Below, in pieces: positions 1 to 10,674 of a DNA stretch of 64,000 nt. The position numbers were made by a program, and so were the translations under genes. How positions within the stretch are numbered: position 1 is the stretch's first letter; the number at the start of each line of letters is the position of its first letter. The notes beneath the pieces are model-generated. The model was given only the letters and a program-made list of their open reading frames with translations. It was not told the origin of the DNA and did no database searches. This stretch comes from an uncultured Candidatus Binatia bacterium. Its GTDB lineage: Bacteria; Desulfobacterota; Binatia; Bin18. The stretch covers positions 1,568,001 through 1,632,000 of the forward strand of contig OZ241744.1 of NCBI GenBank assembly GCA_965200965.1, read 5' to 3'.

Positions 1-389
1 TGAATCGGCGTCTTGACCGTGGCCATTGCCGCGCCCGGACTGTCTTTGAGGGCGTTCACCGCATCGCCGACCAGGGTTGGCGGGAAAAAGGGTAAATCAC
101 CCTGAACGTTGACAATAATGTCGGCCGCAAGGCCCTCGGCGACCTCGGCCAAGCGGTCTGTACCGGTCTGATGATCGGCCCGGGTCATTGCCACTTGGCC
201 GCCGACCGCACCCACCGCCGCGGCAATCCGTCCGTCATCGGTCGCCACCATAACCCGGTCCACACCCGGCACTTGGCAGGCCTGGTGGTACACATGCTGA
301 ATCATCGGTTTGCCACGCAGCAGGGCCAGGGGCTTTCCTGGAAAACGCCTAGAACCGTAGCGTGCCGGAATGAGAGCGACAACTTCCAC
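1..389 (-). CDS. kdsB: 3-deoxy-manno-octulosonate cytidylyltransferase (CMP-KDO synthetase), runs off the left edge
   Basis: Not in the ORF track. Manual translation from GTG at 389 gives VEVVALIPARYGSRRFPGKPLA...MIQHV...VATDD...HQTGTDRLAEV...IIVNVQGDLP, the KdsB signature motifs. Confidence 0.93.
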   Translation of the reverse strand, partial: MEVVALIPARYGSRRFPGKPLALLRGKPMIQHVYHQACQVPGVDRVMVATDDGRIAAAVGAVGGQVAMTRADHQTGTDRLAEVAEGLAADIIVNVQGDLPFFPPTLVGDAVNALKDSPGAAMATVKTPI

Positions 390-526
390 ACTCAAGCCAT
401 ATTCGGTTGATAGATCACAGCGCTGGGGAACCGTGCTTGCGGGACCCCACCATAGACCACCGGACCGTGATCGTCAAATGCGGGCCTGACCCTTGCCCGC
501 CGCCGGACAGGCTCAGCCGACGTTTT

Positions 527-1216
527 TCACCGCTTTTTTTCTTGCCGGACCGTCCGACACACCGGGCGCAGCGGACACGCCGGGCAGCGCGGGACCCGCG
601 TCGTGCAAATAGTCGCGCCGACATCCATAATCGCCTGATTGAAGACATACGCCCGGCTGACCGGGGTGACGTGACGGGCCACGGACCACAGAAAGCGGGG
701 CGTCTGTTGCTCCCTGGGCAGCGCAAAGAAGCGGCTCAGCACCCGGGCGGCATTGGTGTCGAGGATAGCGGTGGGCCGACGAAAGGCAAAGCTCGATACC
801 GCACCGGCCGTATAAGGCCCGATACCGGGCAGTTTTTGCAGTCCCTCGGGCGTATCGGGAAAGCATCCGCCGTGGTCGGCGACGATTTTCTGGCTCGTCA
901 ATTGCAGATTGCGGGCGCGAGCGTAATAGCCTAGCCCGTGCCACATTTCGCGCACCTCGGGCGTATCGGCTCTGGCCAAGTCCTCCACAGTCGGGTAGCG
1001 GGACAAGAACTTCTCGTAGTACAGCAGCGCGCGCTGCACCTGCGTCTGTTGCAGCATCATCTCCGAGACCAGAATCGCATAGGGGTCACGGGTCCGACGC
1101 CACGGCAGGTCACGGCCGTGTTGACGATACCAAGCCATGAGCCGCTGTTGCAGCGCTCGAACGGTCGCCGGATGGGCAATGCGGCCCGGCGGCGGCGCGG
1201 CAGATTGTCGGGCCAT
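527..1216 (-). CDS. mutY: A/G-specific adenine glycosylase, short form without the C-terminal domain
   Basis: WYRQHGRDLPWR, VSEMMLQQTQV, GLGYYARARN, HhH LPGIGPYTAGA, and the 4Fe-4S motif CTTRVPRCPACPLRPVC. Start inferred at ATG 1216 within ORF 527..1450. Confidence 0.88.
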   Translation of the reverse strand: MARQSAAPPPGRIAHPATVRALQQRLMAWYRQHGRDLPWRRTRDPYAILVSEMMLQQTQVQRALLYYEKFLSRYPTVEDLARADTPEVREMWHGLGYYARARNLQLTSQKIVADHGGCFPDTPEGLQKLPGIGPYTAGAVSSFAFRRPTAILDTNAARVLSRFFALPREQQTPRFLWSVARHVTPVSRAYVFNQAIMDVGATICTTRVPRCPACPLRPVCRTVRQEKKR

Positions 1217-1375
1217 GGCCGGCTGTTGTGACAAAAATCGCAGCCCGAGGCAAGAGACTGGCAGCCCGTTTATCTTGACTCCAAGCGGTGGAGGCATTAG
1301 GGTGGTAATGCACCGAACAGTGAGATCGGAGAGAAGCGGCCTATGCGCAAGACGTACTAAGGAGGAAATGGTTTC

Positions 1376-1642
1376 ATGGCAGGACGGGACTCGCTGGAGA
1401 AGATGATTGCGAAGATTTTGCACCGTCACTGCGAGTTTGGTTGGGCCCACTATTACATTCCGAGCGAAAAATTTCCAAACTTGGTGGACGAGTTACTCAA
1501 AGTGTTACAGCCGGCAGAAGAAGCAGGGGAGGAGGAGTTAGTCAGACTTTTTCTCGGCCTGAAACGCTATGCTTCTGAGCAAGAACGGGTCGATCAACTC
1601 CTGACGGTATACCGGGTGTTGAAACGTGAGGAATCATGCTGA
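1376..1642 (+). CDS. Hypothetical 88-aa protein
   Basis: AAGGAGG RBS upstream, plausible helical protein composition, and it fills the gap ahead of the ArnT-like genes. Confidence 0.65.
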   Translation: MAGRDSLEKMIAKILHRHCEFGWAHYYIPSEKFPNLVDELLKVLQPAEEAGEEELVRLFLGLKRYASEQERVDQLLTVYRVLKREESC

Positions 1643-1757
1643 GGTCTGGGTCGGACGCTCACCCAGTTGCCCCAACACTCCGCAGCCGGGCCGATGATCC
1701 TGACACAGGGGGCAGTGCTGGGAGCGGCTCAGGCCCGGGCGGACGGCGAGGTGAGGC

Positions 1758-3506
1758 ATGCTTGAAGCGCAGCGGACCAGGCGCACAGTTGGCGGGCTTC
1801 TGCTTCTGTGTTTCCTGCTCTATTTCTGGGAACTGGGGCGCATCCCCTTCTACAACTACGAAGAGTCAAAAGAAGCGCTGATAGTCTGGGAGATTGTCAA
1901 TGACGGCGGCTGGATTCTGCCCAGGCGCAACGGCACCGAGATGCCGCTCAAACCCCCGCTGTTCCACTGGCTTGGGGCCGGCCTCTCGCTGCTCAGTGGT
2001 CAGGTCAGTGAGTTTGCCGTGCGGGCACCCTCAGCCTTTGCCGCCAGTGCCGCGGTGATACTGACGTTTTTCTTTGGCCAAGCCTTGTGGAACTGGCGGG
2101 TGGGGCTGTTTGCCGCGCTTATACTGGCCACTTCACCGGAGTGGGCGCGCTGGGCCATTCACGCCCGGAGCGACATGCTGCTGGTCTTTTTTCTGACCGC
2201 AGCCATGCTGAGTTTTTTTCATCTGTGGCAACAGCGCGCAACCCAGCGCAGTACCGTATACCTGTTTTATATCAGCCTGGGGCTGGCAACCTTAGCCAAA
2301 GGGCCGCTGGGTTTCCTGCTGCCGAGCCTAGTTATTGTGGCCTTTCTGGCCGAGCGCCGAGACCTGCAATTCCTGTGGCGGATGAAGATTCCGGGCGGGC
2401 CGCTGGTCACGCTTCTGATTGCGGCATCGTGGTATGTGCTGGCCATATCCCAGGGCGGCGGAGAGTTTGTCTCGCGCCAACTTCTGGACGAGAACATCCT
2501 TCGCTTCTTTGCCAGCGACCAGGGTGGGCCGAGTCGGGACCACTCTTTTTACTACTATGTCCCAACCTTATGCGCCGGCCTGTTACCGTGGAGTCTGTTT
2601 TTTCCGGCCCTGCTCTACACCCTGTACCGCTCCCACGGCCGGGACGACCCCAAGCGGCGCTATCTGACTATCTGGTGCGGGGTTGAACTGCTGTTCTTCA
2701 GCTTGGCTTCTGGCAAGCGGAGCAACTACATCCTGCCCCTGTACCCGGCCCTGGCCCTCTTGCTGGGGGGGTGGTGGCAGGAGTTGACAGACCGGGCCGT
2801 GGCCTTCTCCCCCGCGGTCAGGCGACTCACCAAGGGCTCGGCCCTGCTGCTGGGCGGCGGTTTTACGGCCATCGTCCTGGGTCTCCTAGCCCACGGGGTC
2901 GGGCTTGACTTGGCCCATCTCGTTTCCCCCTTCCTGCATCCCCGCGACCAGGCCAACCTGCCCCTGGTCGCCCAGGGTCTCCAGAGCCATTTCCCGGTCG
3001 TCATGGCTTGGCTGGCCATCCTGGCCCTGGCCCTGATCTGGTATTTTATTGGCTTCAGGTCGGAGCAGTGGATGTGGGTGTTTGCCGCCCTGACCGTTCT
3101 GGTGTCCTCCTCGCTGTATTTTACCAACGCCCTCTTTCACCCCATTCTAGCCACCGAGCGAACCTATAAACCGTTCATGCTAGGGGCTCGCTCAACCGTG
3201 CAGGACGCGCCCCTGTATTTCTATAAGAACGCCTATGACTATGGCGCAATTTTTTACGCCGGTCGGCGTATCCCGTCCTACACCCGGGACTTGGCCCAAC
3301 TGGCGACAAACGGCGACGCACAGCTGTATTTGCTCATGCGTGAGGAGGACTGGCACCGACTGCCAACAACCGAATTGCCCCGCCTAGCGCATCTGGTCAC
3401 CAGCCACGGCAGAGGGCCGGATAAAAAGCATCGCTTGGCCCTGATTGCCCTGCTGCCGACACAACACGACCCCGCCAACGGCACACCGCCCGACCCCACG
3501 GACTGA
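1758..3506 (+). CDS. ArnT-like GT-C (GT83/PMT-family) glycosyltransferase, copy 1
   Basis: Many TM segments; KPPLFHW, LATLAKGP, FYYYVP..LLPWS and KRSNYILPLYPALALL motifs typical of the ArnT family. Confidence 0.88.
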   Translation: MLEAQRTRRTVGGLLLLCFLLYFWELGRIPFYNYEESKEALIVWEIVNDGGWILPRRNGTEMPLKPPLFHWLGAGLSLLSGQVSEFAVRAPSAFAASAAVILTFFFGQALWNWRVGLFAALILATSPEWARWAIHARSDMLLVFFLTAAMLSFFHLWQQRATQRSTVYLFYISLGLATLAKGPLGFLLPSLVIVAFLAERRDLQFLWRMKIPGGPLVTLLIAASWYVLAISQGGGEFVSRQLLDENILRFFASDQGGPSRDHSFYYYVPTLCAGLLPWSLFFPALLYTLYRSHGRDDPKRRYLTIWCGVELLFFSLASGKRSNYILPLYPALALLLGGWWQELTDRAVAFSPAVRRLTKGSALLLGGGFTAIVLGLLAHGVGLDLAHLVSPFLHPRDQANLPLVAQGLQSHFPVVMAWLAILALALIWYFIGFRSEQWMWVFAALTVLVSSSLYFTNALFHPILATERTYKPFMLGARSTVQDAPLYFYKNAYDYGAIFYAGRRIPSYTRDLAQLATNGDAQLYLLMREEDWHRLPTTELPRLAHLVTSHGRGPDKKHRLALIALLPTQHDPANGTPPDPTD

Positions 3507-3509
3507 GCC

Positions 3510-5267
3510 GTGCATCCACTACCCGCCGCTATCGGCCTCGCTTGCCTCTGCCTCGGCCTGTATGTCTGGGGTCTGAGCGACCTGCCGTTCTACACCAAAG
3601 GCCAGCCCCGAGAAGCCACCGTGGTGTGGGAGATCCATACCCACGGGGAATGGGTCCTGCCCCTGCGCAACGGCCATATCATCCCCTCAAAACCACCACT
3701 GTTTCACTGGCTCGGCGCACTGGCGGCCGGCGGCTTGGGCCAACTCAGCGAGTTCACCATCCGTCTGCCGTCGGCGCTGCTGGCCCTGTTGGGCGTCCTG
3801 CTGACCTACCAGGCGGGGACCGCGGTGTGGGGGGTCAAGGCCGGCCTGCTGGCCGGTGTGTGCCTGGCAACAAGTTTTGAGTGGGTCCGGGCGGCAACCG
3901 CGGCCCGGGTGGACATGACCCTGAGCTTTTTCATGGTCGCTGCCCTGCTGAGCTTCTGGGCCGGTTATCGCGGCCGGCGTTTCGGCTGGCGGCATACGCT
4001 CGGTTTCTTCGGCCTGGCCGGCCTGGCAACCCTGGCCAAAGGGCCTGTCGGCGGTGTGCTGCCGGGCCTGATCGTCGCTCTGTTCCTGCTGGTCCGTGGG
4101 GAGTTGCGCTTTCTGGGCCATATGCGGCTGCTCAGCGGCGGCCTGCTCTACCTGTGCCTAGCCGGCTCGTGGTATGCGCTGGCGCTGTGGCAGGGCGGTG
4201 AGGCGTTTTTTGAAAAGCAGATCATGAAAGAGAATGTGCTCCGGTTTCTCTCCAGCGGCTTGGCCGGTGCCGGCCATGTCCATCCCTTCTACTATTTTGT
4301 TCCCAACCTCTTTCTGGGCATGGCCCCGTGGAGCTTCTTCTTTCTGCCGCTAGGCTCTTTCCTGTATCGCTCCCGTCACCGCTGGGCACGGCAGCAGTTC
4401 CTGTTTCCGCTTGTCTGGTTTGCCACCGTTTTTGTGTTCTACTCGGCCTCGAGCAGCAAACGCAGTGTGTACATCCTGCCCTTGTATCCGGCCGCGGCCC
4501 TGTTGCTCGGGGCGTGGTGGCAGGACTTGCGGCAGGGCGAGGCCGAGCCGTCGCCGGGTCTTGTTCGGCTCCTCCGGGCGAGCGGCGGACTGAGCGCGGC
4601 TGTGGTCGGCAGTGCGCTGCTTGGCGTGGCCGCCCAAGCCGTCGGCCTGGACCTGTTTGTCCTCATCCACCCCCTGCTGCACCCCAAGGATCAGGGGAAT
4701 CTGGCGCTGTTCAGTAACATTGTCGCCGCCTATCCGCTGGCGTTCGGACTGTGGCTAGTGGCTGTCAGCGGGGCACTGCTCGGCTTGGCTCAGGGCTTGC
4801 GCCGACGCTCCTGGGACGCCGTGTTCGGTGTCCTGGCGGTCTTTACCACCAGTATATTTCTACTCGTAAACCATGTTATTCAGCCCACGCTGGCCACGGC
4901 CCGGAGCTACCGGCCGTTCATGGGCCGTGTGCTTGAACAGGTCGGCCCGCGGCCAGTGTTCTTCTACCGCTGCTTTGACAACGGGGCGCTGTTCTACGCC
5001 AACCGGCGTGTCCCGTTTTACGCGCCCGCAGCAACCCCTGCCGAGCCGTATTACATCCTGGCCTGGAAGGCGGAATGGGAGCGCCTGCACCAACTCACTC
5101 CGTCGGCTGAGCACGCAAGCAGCCCCCAGCCCCGTCTGCTCGACACGAGTCGGGGAACCGGGCCAAAGGGCAGAAATCGCCTTACGCTGCTTGAGGTGCC
5201 GGCCGGCCACGCCTTACCGGCCTGGACGGCCGACGAGCAGGGGCGGATCAAGCGCGATGCGATGTGA
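3510..5267 (+). CDS. ArnT-like GT-C glycosyltransferase, copy 2
   Basis: Paralog of the upstream gene (KPPLFHW, LATLAKGP, KRSVYILPLYPA), 3 nt after its stop. Confidence 0.88.
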   Translation: MHPLPAAIGLACLCLGLYVWGLSDLPFYTKGQPREATVVWEIHTHGEWVLPLRNGHIIPSKPPLFHWLGALAAGGLGQLSEFTIRLPSALLALLGVLLTYQAGTAVWGVKAGLLAGVCLATSFEWVRAATAARVDMTLSFFMVAALLSFWAGYRGRRFGWRHTLGFFGLAGLATLAKGPVGGVLPGLIVALFLLVRGELRFLGHMRLLSGGLLYLCLAGSWYALALWQGGEAFFEKQIMKENVLRFLSSGLAGAGHVHPFYYFVPNLFLGMAPWSFFFLPLGSFLYRSRHRWARQQFLFPLVWFATVFVFYSASSSKRSVYILPLYPAAALLLGAWWQDLRQGEAEPSPGLVRLLRASGGLSAAVVGSALLGVAAQAVGLDLFVLIHPLLHPKDQGNLALFSNIVAAYPLAFGLWLVAVSGALLGLAQGLRRRSWDAVFGVLAVFTTSIFLLVNHVIQPTLATARSYRPFMGRVLEQVGPRPVFFYRCFDNGALFYANRRVPFYAPAATPAEPYYILAWKAEWERLHQLTPSAEHASSPQPRLLDTSRGTGPKGRNRLTLLEVPAGHALPAWTADEQGRIKRDAM

Positions 5268-5302
5268 GACCCGCCCTTGCGACGACTCGGTGAACAGGCA
5301 GG

Positions 5303-7372
5303 CTAGACCAGCAACGGCGCAATTACCAGCGCCACAACTGACATCAGCTTGATCAGAATATTGAGCGAGGGACCGGACGTATCTTTGAACGGATCACCAA
5401 CGGTATCGCCCACGACCGCGGCTTTATGCGCTTCTCCGCCCTTTGACTCACCCGGCACTTTCCCGTTTTCAATCGACTTTTTGGCGTTATCCCACGCACC
5501 GCCGGCATTCGACATGAGCAGGGCCAGTAGCACACCGGTGATGGTGGCACCGGCCAGCATACCGCCGAGCGCTGCCGCGCCTAAAACCCACCCTACGAGC
5601 ACTGGGGCAATCACAGCGGTCAGACCGGGGACGATCATCTCTTTGAGGGCGGCCGCGGTGGAAATATCGACGCATCGGGCGGCGTCAGGCCGGGCACCTT
5701 CCCGGCCCTCCAGCAAACCCGGAATTTCGCGGAACTGACGCCGGATTTCATCCACCATCTGCCCCGCGGCGCGGCCAACCGCGGTCATGGTCAGGGCACC
5801 GATATAGAAGGGCAGGATACCGCCCAACAGCAGCCCAATCATCACCGTCGGATCGGTTACAACGATCTGAAGGGGACCTAAGTCGGCCGCCAGCCGGTTT
5901 TGATTAACGGCCTGGGTAAACGCGGCGAACAGCGCCAGGGCGGTCAGCGCAGCAGAACCAATGGCGAAGCCTTTGCCGATGGCCGCGGTGGTATTGCCGA
6001 GGGCATCGAGTCCATCGGTTATCTGACGGACCTCAGGCCCGAGTTCGGCCATCTCCGAGATACCGCCGGCATTATCGGCGACCGGGCCGTAGGCATCAAC
6101 CGTCATAGTGACACCGACCGTTGCCAGCATCCCAACACCGGCAATGCCAATGCCGTACAGGCCGGCAAATTGGTTGGCGATAAAGATGGCCACACAAATC
6201 GCCAGGACGGGCAGCGCACAGCTCTCCAGGCCAACCGCCATCCCGTTGATGATATTGGTCGCATAGCCCGTTTTGCTGGCCTCGGCAATCCGCTCAACCG
6301 GTCCGGCTGAGGTGTAATACTCGGTGATCAGGCCAATGCCGATGCCGACCAGACAGCCGGCACCCAAAGCCCAAAATACTCCGGTGTTGACCGGGGAAGC
6401 TACGACGAGCAGGGAAGCACCGATAAGAAAGACTCCTGCGGCAATAAAGGTTGAGTAGCGGAGGGCCGATTGCGGGCCGATGTTCTTCAGCACCCGCATT
6501 GAGGCAATGCCCAGCAAGGAAGACAGCAGTCCAACCGCAGCCATGCTGAGAGGCAGAGCCATGAGCGCGGCGACGAGGACCCCCCTGTCCGCGCCAGCCG
6601 GTGCTGCTCCGCTGGAGCTGAGGATTGCCAGCAGGGCGTCTTGGGCGGTCGCCCCAATGGCGATTGTCGCAATGATGGACCCGACATAGGACTCAAAAAT
6701 ATCCGCTCCCATACCGGCCACATCCCCGACGTTATCCCCGACGTTATCGGCGATAACGCCCGGGTTGCGCGGGTCGTCCTCGGGAATGCCGGCCTCGACT
6801 TTGCCAACCAAGTCACTGCCAACATCAGCCGCCTTGGTATAAATCCCGCCGCCGACCCGGGCGAACAGCGCAATCGAGCTGGCCCCCATCGCAAAACCGC
6901 TGATGTAGCGTGAGGTCGCCGGGTCAGAGAATACCCCCAGGAAAATCCCCACCCCGAGCAGCCCCAGGCTGGCCACCGCCAGGCCCATCACCGCGCCGCC
7001 GTCAAAGGCGGTCAACAGCGCCGCGGCTTGCCCCTCTGAGCGGGCCGCTTCAGATGTACGCACATTGGCCTTGGTAGCTGACTGCATCCCGAACAGTCCG
7101 GCCATGACAGAAAAGGCCGCGCCCACCAGAAAGGCGACTCCGGTTTGCCAGGCAACGGCCCACATCAGCAACACACAAACCACCACCACAAAGATACTCA
7201 AAATCTGGTATTCGCGCTTGAGAAAGGCCATCGCGCCTTCGTAGATATAGCCTGAAATTTCCTGCATCCGCTCGGTCCCATCTGGCCGGCTGGCGACTGA
7301 GCGGTAGATCAGAAACGCCACCACCAAACCGAGAATGCCTAAAGCGGGCGAGATGTCAGCAAGCATGTCCAT
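5303..7372 (-). CDS. hppA: Membrane-bound pyrophosphatase, K+-dependent, probably Na+-translocating
   Basis: [63 protein letters not shown] before ATG 7372. Confidence 0.95.
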   Translation of the reverse strand: MDMLADISPALGILGLVVAFLIYRSVASRPDGTERMQEISGYIYEGAMAFLKREYQILSIFVVVVCVLLMWAVAWQTGVAFLVGAAFSVMAGLFGMQSATKANVRTSEAARSEGQAAALLTAFDGGAVMGLAVASLGLLGVGIFLGVFSDPATSRYISGFAMGASSIALFARVGGGIYTKAADVGSDLVGKVEAGIPEDDPRNPGVIADNVGDNVGDVAGMGADIFESYVGSIIATIAIGATAQDALLAILSSSGAAPAGADRGVLVAALMALPLSMAAVGLLSSLLGIASMRVLKNIGPQSALRYSTFIAAGVFLIGASLLVVASPVNTGVFWALGAGCLVGIGIGLITEYYTSAGPVERIAEASKTGYATNIINGMAVGLESCALPVLAICVAIFIANQFAGLYGIGIAGVGMLATVGVTMTVDAYGPVADNAGGISEMAELGPEVRQITDGLDALGNTTAAIGKGFAIGSAALTALALFAAFTQAVNQNRLAADLGPLQIVVTDPTVMIGLLLGGILPFYIGALTMTAVGRAAGQMVDEIRRQFREIPGLLEGREGARPDAARCVDISTAAALKEMIVPGLTAVIAPVLVGWVLGAAALGGMLAGATITGVLLALLMSNAGGAWDNAKKSIENGKVPGESKGGEAHKAAVVGDTVGDPFKDTSGPSLNILIKLMSVVALVIAPLLV

Positions 7373-7592
7373 TGATAATTTCCTCCCTGTAACATCCTGG
7401 ATGTAAAAAATACGGCCCGCGGGTGAGCTCAACTCCTCCTCTGCACCGCCGGAAGATAGACGCTTCCGGGTCAAGAGTAAAGGGGCAGGCCCGACTTGGA
7501 GGGGGAATGTGTTCCGGCTGCGGGACGGGCTGAGTTGGGACGATCTGATCTCTGTGGACGCCTCGAAACGGGAAAAGACAGGAGAGGACAAG

Positions 7593-7625
7593 GGCTGAGG
7601 GGGCGAGCCGCGGCCGCCCCCAGCC
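7593..7625 (-). terminator. GC-rich hairpin just downstream of the adh gene
   Basis: GGCTGAGGGGGCG...CGCCCCCAGCC inverted repeat a few nt after the adh stop. The following tract is pyrimidine-rich but not a clean poly-U. Confidence 0.4.
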
Positions 7626-7629
7626 TCGG

Positions 7630-8724
7630 CTACATCACCACTACACTGCGCGCCACCTCGCCCTTTTCCAGCGCGTCCATCGCGTCGTTAATCTCATCCA
7701 GAGCATAGGTTCTGGTTACAAGTTCGTCGAGCTTGATACGTTTGTTCATGTACAGTTCAATCAACCGCGGCATGTCTACCCGGGGCCGTGTTGAGCCGTA
7801 CAGCGAGCCTTTGATGGATTTCTCGGTCAGCAGGCTTGCCGCCGGAATGGTAACAGTCTCTTCAAGCGAGGGCGCGCCGACCACCACCGTCATCCCCCCC
7901 TGACGGGTGCAGGCATAGGCCTGCTCAATCGTTTTGCCCAGTCCGATGACCTCAAACGCATAGTCGGCCCCGCGGTCTTCGGTCAGTTCCCGGACCGTCC
8001 TGACCAAGTCCTCCCGGCCGGGGTTGATCGTATGGGTCGCGCCAAACTCCTTGGCAAACTGGAGTTTGTTATCCATCAGGTCAACGGCGATGATTGTACC
8101 GGCCCCGGCCAGCACACAGCCCTGAATCGTGTTCAGGCCAACACCGCCGCAGCCGATGACCACCGCGCTGCTGCCGGGCTGAACCTTGGCCGTGTTAGTC
8201 GCTGCCCCCAGGCCGGTCATCACCCCACAGCCGACCAGGCAGGCTTTATCCAGGGGAACGTTATCGGGGATGGGGATGCACGCCGTCTGATCCACTACGG
8301 CGTACTCGGCAAAACTCGACAGCCCAGCCATATGGTGAATCGCCTTGCCGTTCTTCTTCAGCCGACACGTCCTGTCCAGCAGGCTGCCCTTGCCCATCGT
8401 TATGCGCATATTGGTGCATAACACCTGACTGCCGATCGAGCAGTAATAGCAGCGCCCGCAGTACGGCGCGAACGATAACACCACATGGTCGCCGGCCTTG
8501 ACTAGGCTGACCCCAGGGCCGACCTCCTCAACAACGCCGGCCCCTTCGTGACCCAGCACCACCGGCAGGGGCAAACGCAGAACCCCGTGAATGACCGAAT
8601 AGTCGCTGTGACACACACCGTTGGCCGCAATTTTGACCCGGACCTCACCGGCCTTGGGGCTGTCCAGGTCCACATCCTCGACCTGCACCGGGGCGTTGAG
8701 TTCGTATAAAACAGCTGCTTTCAT
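7630..8724 (-). CDS. Zn-dependent alcohol dehydrogenase (MDR family, class III-like)
   Basis: GVCHSD, GHEGAG, structural Zn site CGRCYYC..C, GCGVMTG, and Rossmann motif GCGGVG. Confidence 0.92.
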   Translation of the reverse strand: MKAAVLYELNAPVQVEDVDLDSPKAGEVRVKIAANGVCHSDYSVIHGVLRLPLPVVLGHEGAGVVEEVGPGVSLVKAGDHVVLSFAPYCGRCYYCSIGSQVLCTNMRITMGKGSLLDRTCRLKKNGKAIHHMAGLSSFAEYAVVDQTACIPIPDNVPLDKACLVGCGVMTGLGAATNTAKVQPGSSAVVIGCGGVGLNTIQGCVLAGAGTIIAVDLMDNKLQFAKEFGATHTINPGREDLVRTVRELTEDRGADYAFEVIGLGKTIEQAYACTRQGGMTVVVGAPSLEETVTIPAASLLTEKSIKGSLYGSTRPRVDMPRLIELYMNKRIKLDELVTRTYALDEINDAMDALEKGEVARSVVVM

Positions 8725-9719
8725 ATCTCTCCTCCATTCCTCAGAAATTCACTCTTCAGGACTTGGGCTGACGCACTATGCGGGTCCAGCCGACCGGCCC
8801 CGACTTCCTCAAACAGGCGGGCCAGGGCCGGGTCACGCTCAAGCTGCCCGGTCAAGCGCCGCCGCACCTCGTATTCCACCCGGCCCAGCACCTCCTCCCG
8901 CCGGCGGGCGGTCCGCCGGCGATCAAGCTCCCCACCGCCAGCTAGAAACTGATGGTGTGACTCAATCGCCTGCAATAGTTCGGGCAGGCCGGTAGTGTTG
9001 ATCGCCTGGGTGGCCAGGACGGGGATTTTCCACTGCGGGGCGTTGATCTGGTCGGCCGGCCGATTGCTATACTTGAGTTCCAGCATCAGGGTCAGGTCAG
9101 TCATCATGCGCTGCGCCCCGTCCCGGTCGGCCTTATTGACCGCAAAGATATCGGCGATCTCCATCAGGCCGGCCTTCATCACCTGTACGCTGTCACCGGC
9201 CTCCGGCACCAGGGTGACAATGACCGTGTCACTGGCCCGCATCACATCAAGCTCGGTCTGGCCGACCCCGACCGTCTCGACCAGCACATAATCACAGCGA
9301 AAGGCGTCGAGGAGCTTCATCACGTCCAGGGTGGCGCGAGCTAAGCCGCCGTGGCTGCCGCGCGTGGCCATACTGCGGATAAACACGCCCTTGTCCAGAT
9401 AGTGCTGGCCCATGCGGATACGGTCGCCCAGCAGCGCCCCCCCGGAAAAGGGGCTCGATGGGTCAATCGCCACTACCCCGACCGTCTTCTGGGCAGTGCG
9501 CATCAGGGTCGTCAGGCCGTCAACTAGGCTGGATTTGCCGGCTCCCGGTGGGCCGGTCACCCCGATGGTGAACGCATGACCGAGCCGCGGGGCAATCGCC
9601 TCAAGAATGGGGCCGACCTCCCAGCCCTCGCGTTCAACCAGGGTCATCAGGCGGGCCAGGGCAACGGGGCTCCCGGAGGCCATGTTTTCGAGCAGTTGAT
9701 CGAGCGTGTGGCGTGCCAT
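8721..9719 (-). CDS. meaB: MeaB/ArgK-family GTPase chaperone for B12 mutases
   Basis: GVTGPPGAGKSS, DPSSPFSGGALLGDRIRM, ETVGVGQ, KAGLMEIADIFAVNKAD. Confidence 0.92.
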   Translation of the reverse strand: MARHTLDQLLENMASGSPVALARLMTLVEREGWEVGPILEAIAPRLGHAFTIGVTGPPGAGKSSLVDGLTTLMRTAQKTVGVVAIDPSSPFSGGALLGDRIRMGQHYLDKGVFIRSMATRGSHGGLARATLDVMKLLDAFRCDYVLVETVGVGQTELDVMRASDTVIVTLVPEAGDSVQVMKAGLMEIADIFAVNKADRDGAQRMMTDLTLMLELKYSNRPADQINAPQWKIPVLATQAINTTGLPELLQAIESHHQFLAGGGELDRRRTARRREEVLGRVEYEVRRRLTGQLERDPALARLFEEVGAGRLDPHSASAQVLKSEFLRNGGEI

Positions 9720-9888
9720 GCGTTGCGGTGTGTCTCCTTGTCAGCCCGCCGGCGACTATCGGCGGTCAGCCCTCCGGTACCTTGCATGTATCCTAGCAGA
9801 CCCGCGGCATTTCTTTAAGATGGGGCCGAGCGGCTCGGCCCGGACAGCTCAACGCCGGCGTGGTATGCTGCACCCGGAGGAGAAAGAG

Positions 9889-10674
9889 ATGGAATGGGAC
9901 ACCCTTCGTTTTGAGACAGCCGAACGCGACGAGCGGGTCGGCCTGCTGGTTCTTGACCGCCCGGCGGTCCTCAACGCCGTCAACGCTCAGCTCATTGCCG
10001 ACTTCCAAGAGGCGTGTGAGGCGCTGCAATGTGCCCCGGGCCTGCGCGTCATCGTCCTCAAAGCCGAGGGCCGCGGCTTCTGCTCAGGCATGGACCTGCT
10101 GGCCGCCGCCCACAGGCCGAGCGACAACGACGCCCTCCGGACGGTCTGGGCACCCTGGGGCCAAGCGCTCAATACGCTTGAGGGGCTTGACCAACTGACT
10201 ATTGCAGCCATACACGGGCCGTGTCTGGGAGCCGGCATGGAACTGGCGTTAGCCTGCGATTTTCGGATTGCGACGAGCTCGGCCTTTTTTGCCCTGCCCC
10301 AGGTCTTATACGGCACACCGCCCGATGTCGGCCAGCCCTACCGGCTGCCCCGGCTGATCGGCTTGGCCAAGGCCAAAGAAATTGTGCTGCTGGGTCAGCG
10401 TTTCAGCGCTGCCGAGGCCGAGCGCTGGGGTCTGCTGACACGGCTGGTTGAGCCTGGAGACCTGGAGGCCGAAACGGACGCGCTGCTTGACCGCTGCCTC
10501 CGCTTGGGCGGCAAAGCCGCGGCGGGGGCCAAGCAGATCTTACACCGTGCTTGGGAATTGGACGCCGAGGCCCTGGCCGGCGCAATCCATCACGCCCGGG
10601 CTGCGGCCCTGGAGGACGGGGCCTTTGACGCCTCGCTCGAAGTCTACCGTGAGCAGCGCAAACCGCAGGTCTGA
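9889..10674 (+). CDS. Enoyl-CoA hydratase/isomerase (crotonase) family protein
   Basis: FCSGMDL, AAIHGPCLGAGMELALACDFRIA. Start inferred from a GGAGG RBS (ORF track 9706..10674). Confidence 0.85.
   Translation: MEWDTLRFETAERDERVGLLVLDRPAVLNAVNAQLIADFQEACEALQCAPGLRVIVLKAEGRGFCSGMDLLAAAHRPSDNDALRTVWAPWGQALNTLEGLDQLTIAAIHGPCLGAGMELALACDFRIATSSAFFALPQVLYGTPPDVGQPYRLPRLIGLAKAKEIVLLGQRFSAAEAERWGLLTRLVEPGDLEAETDALLDRCLRLGGKAAAGAKQILHRAWELDAEALAGAIHHARAAALEDGAFDASLEVYREQRKPQV

Noticed and set aside
7373-7480. Possible fluoride or Na+ riboswitch in the hppA leader
   Set aside because: No consensus match visible.
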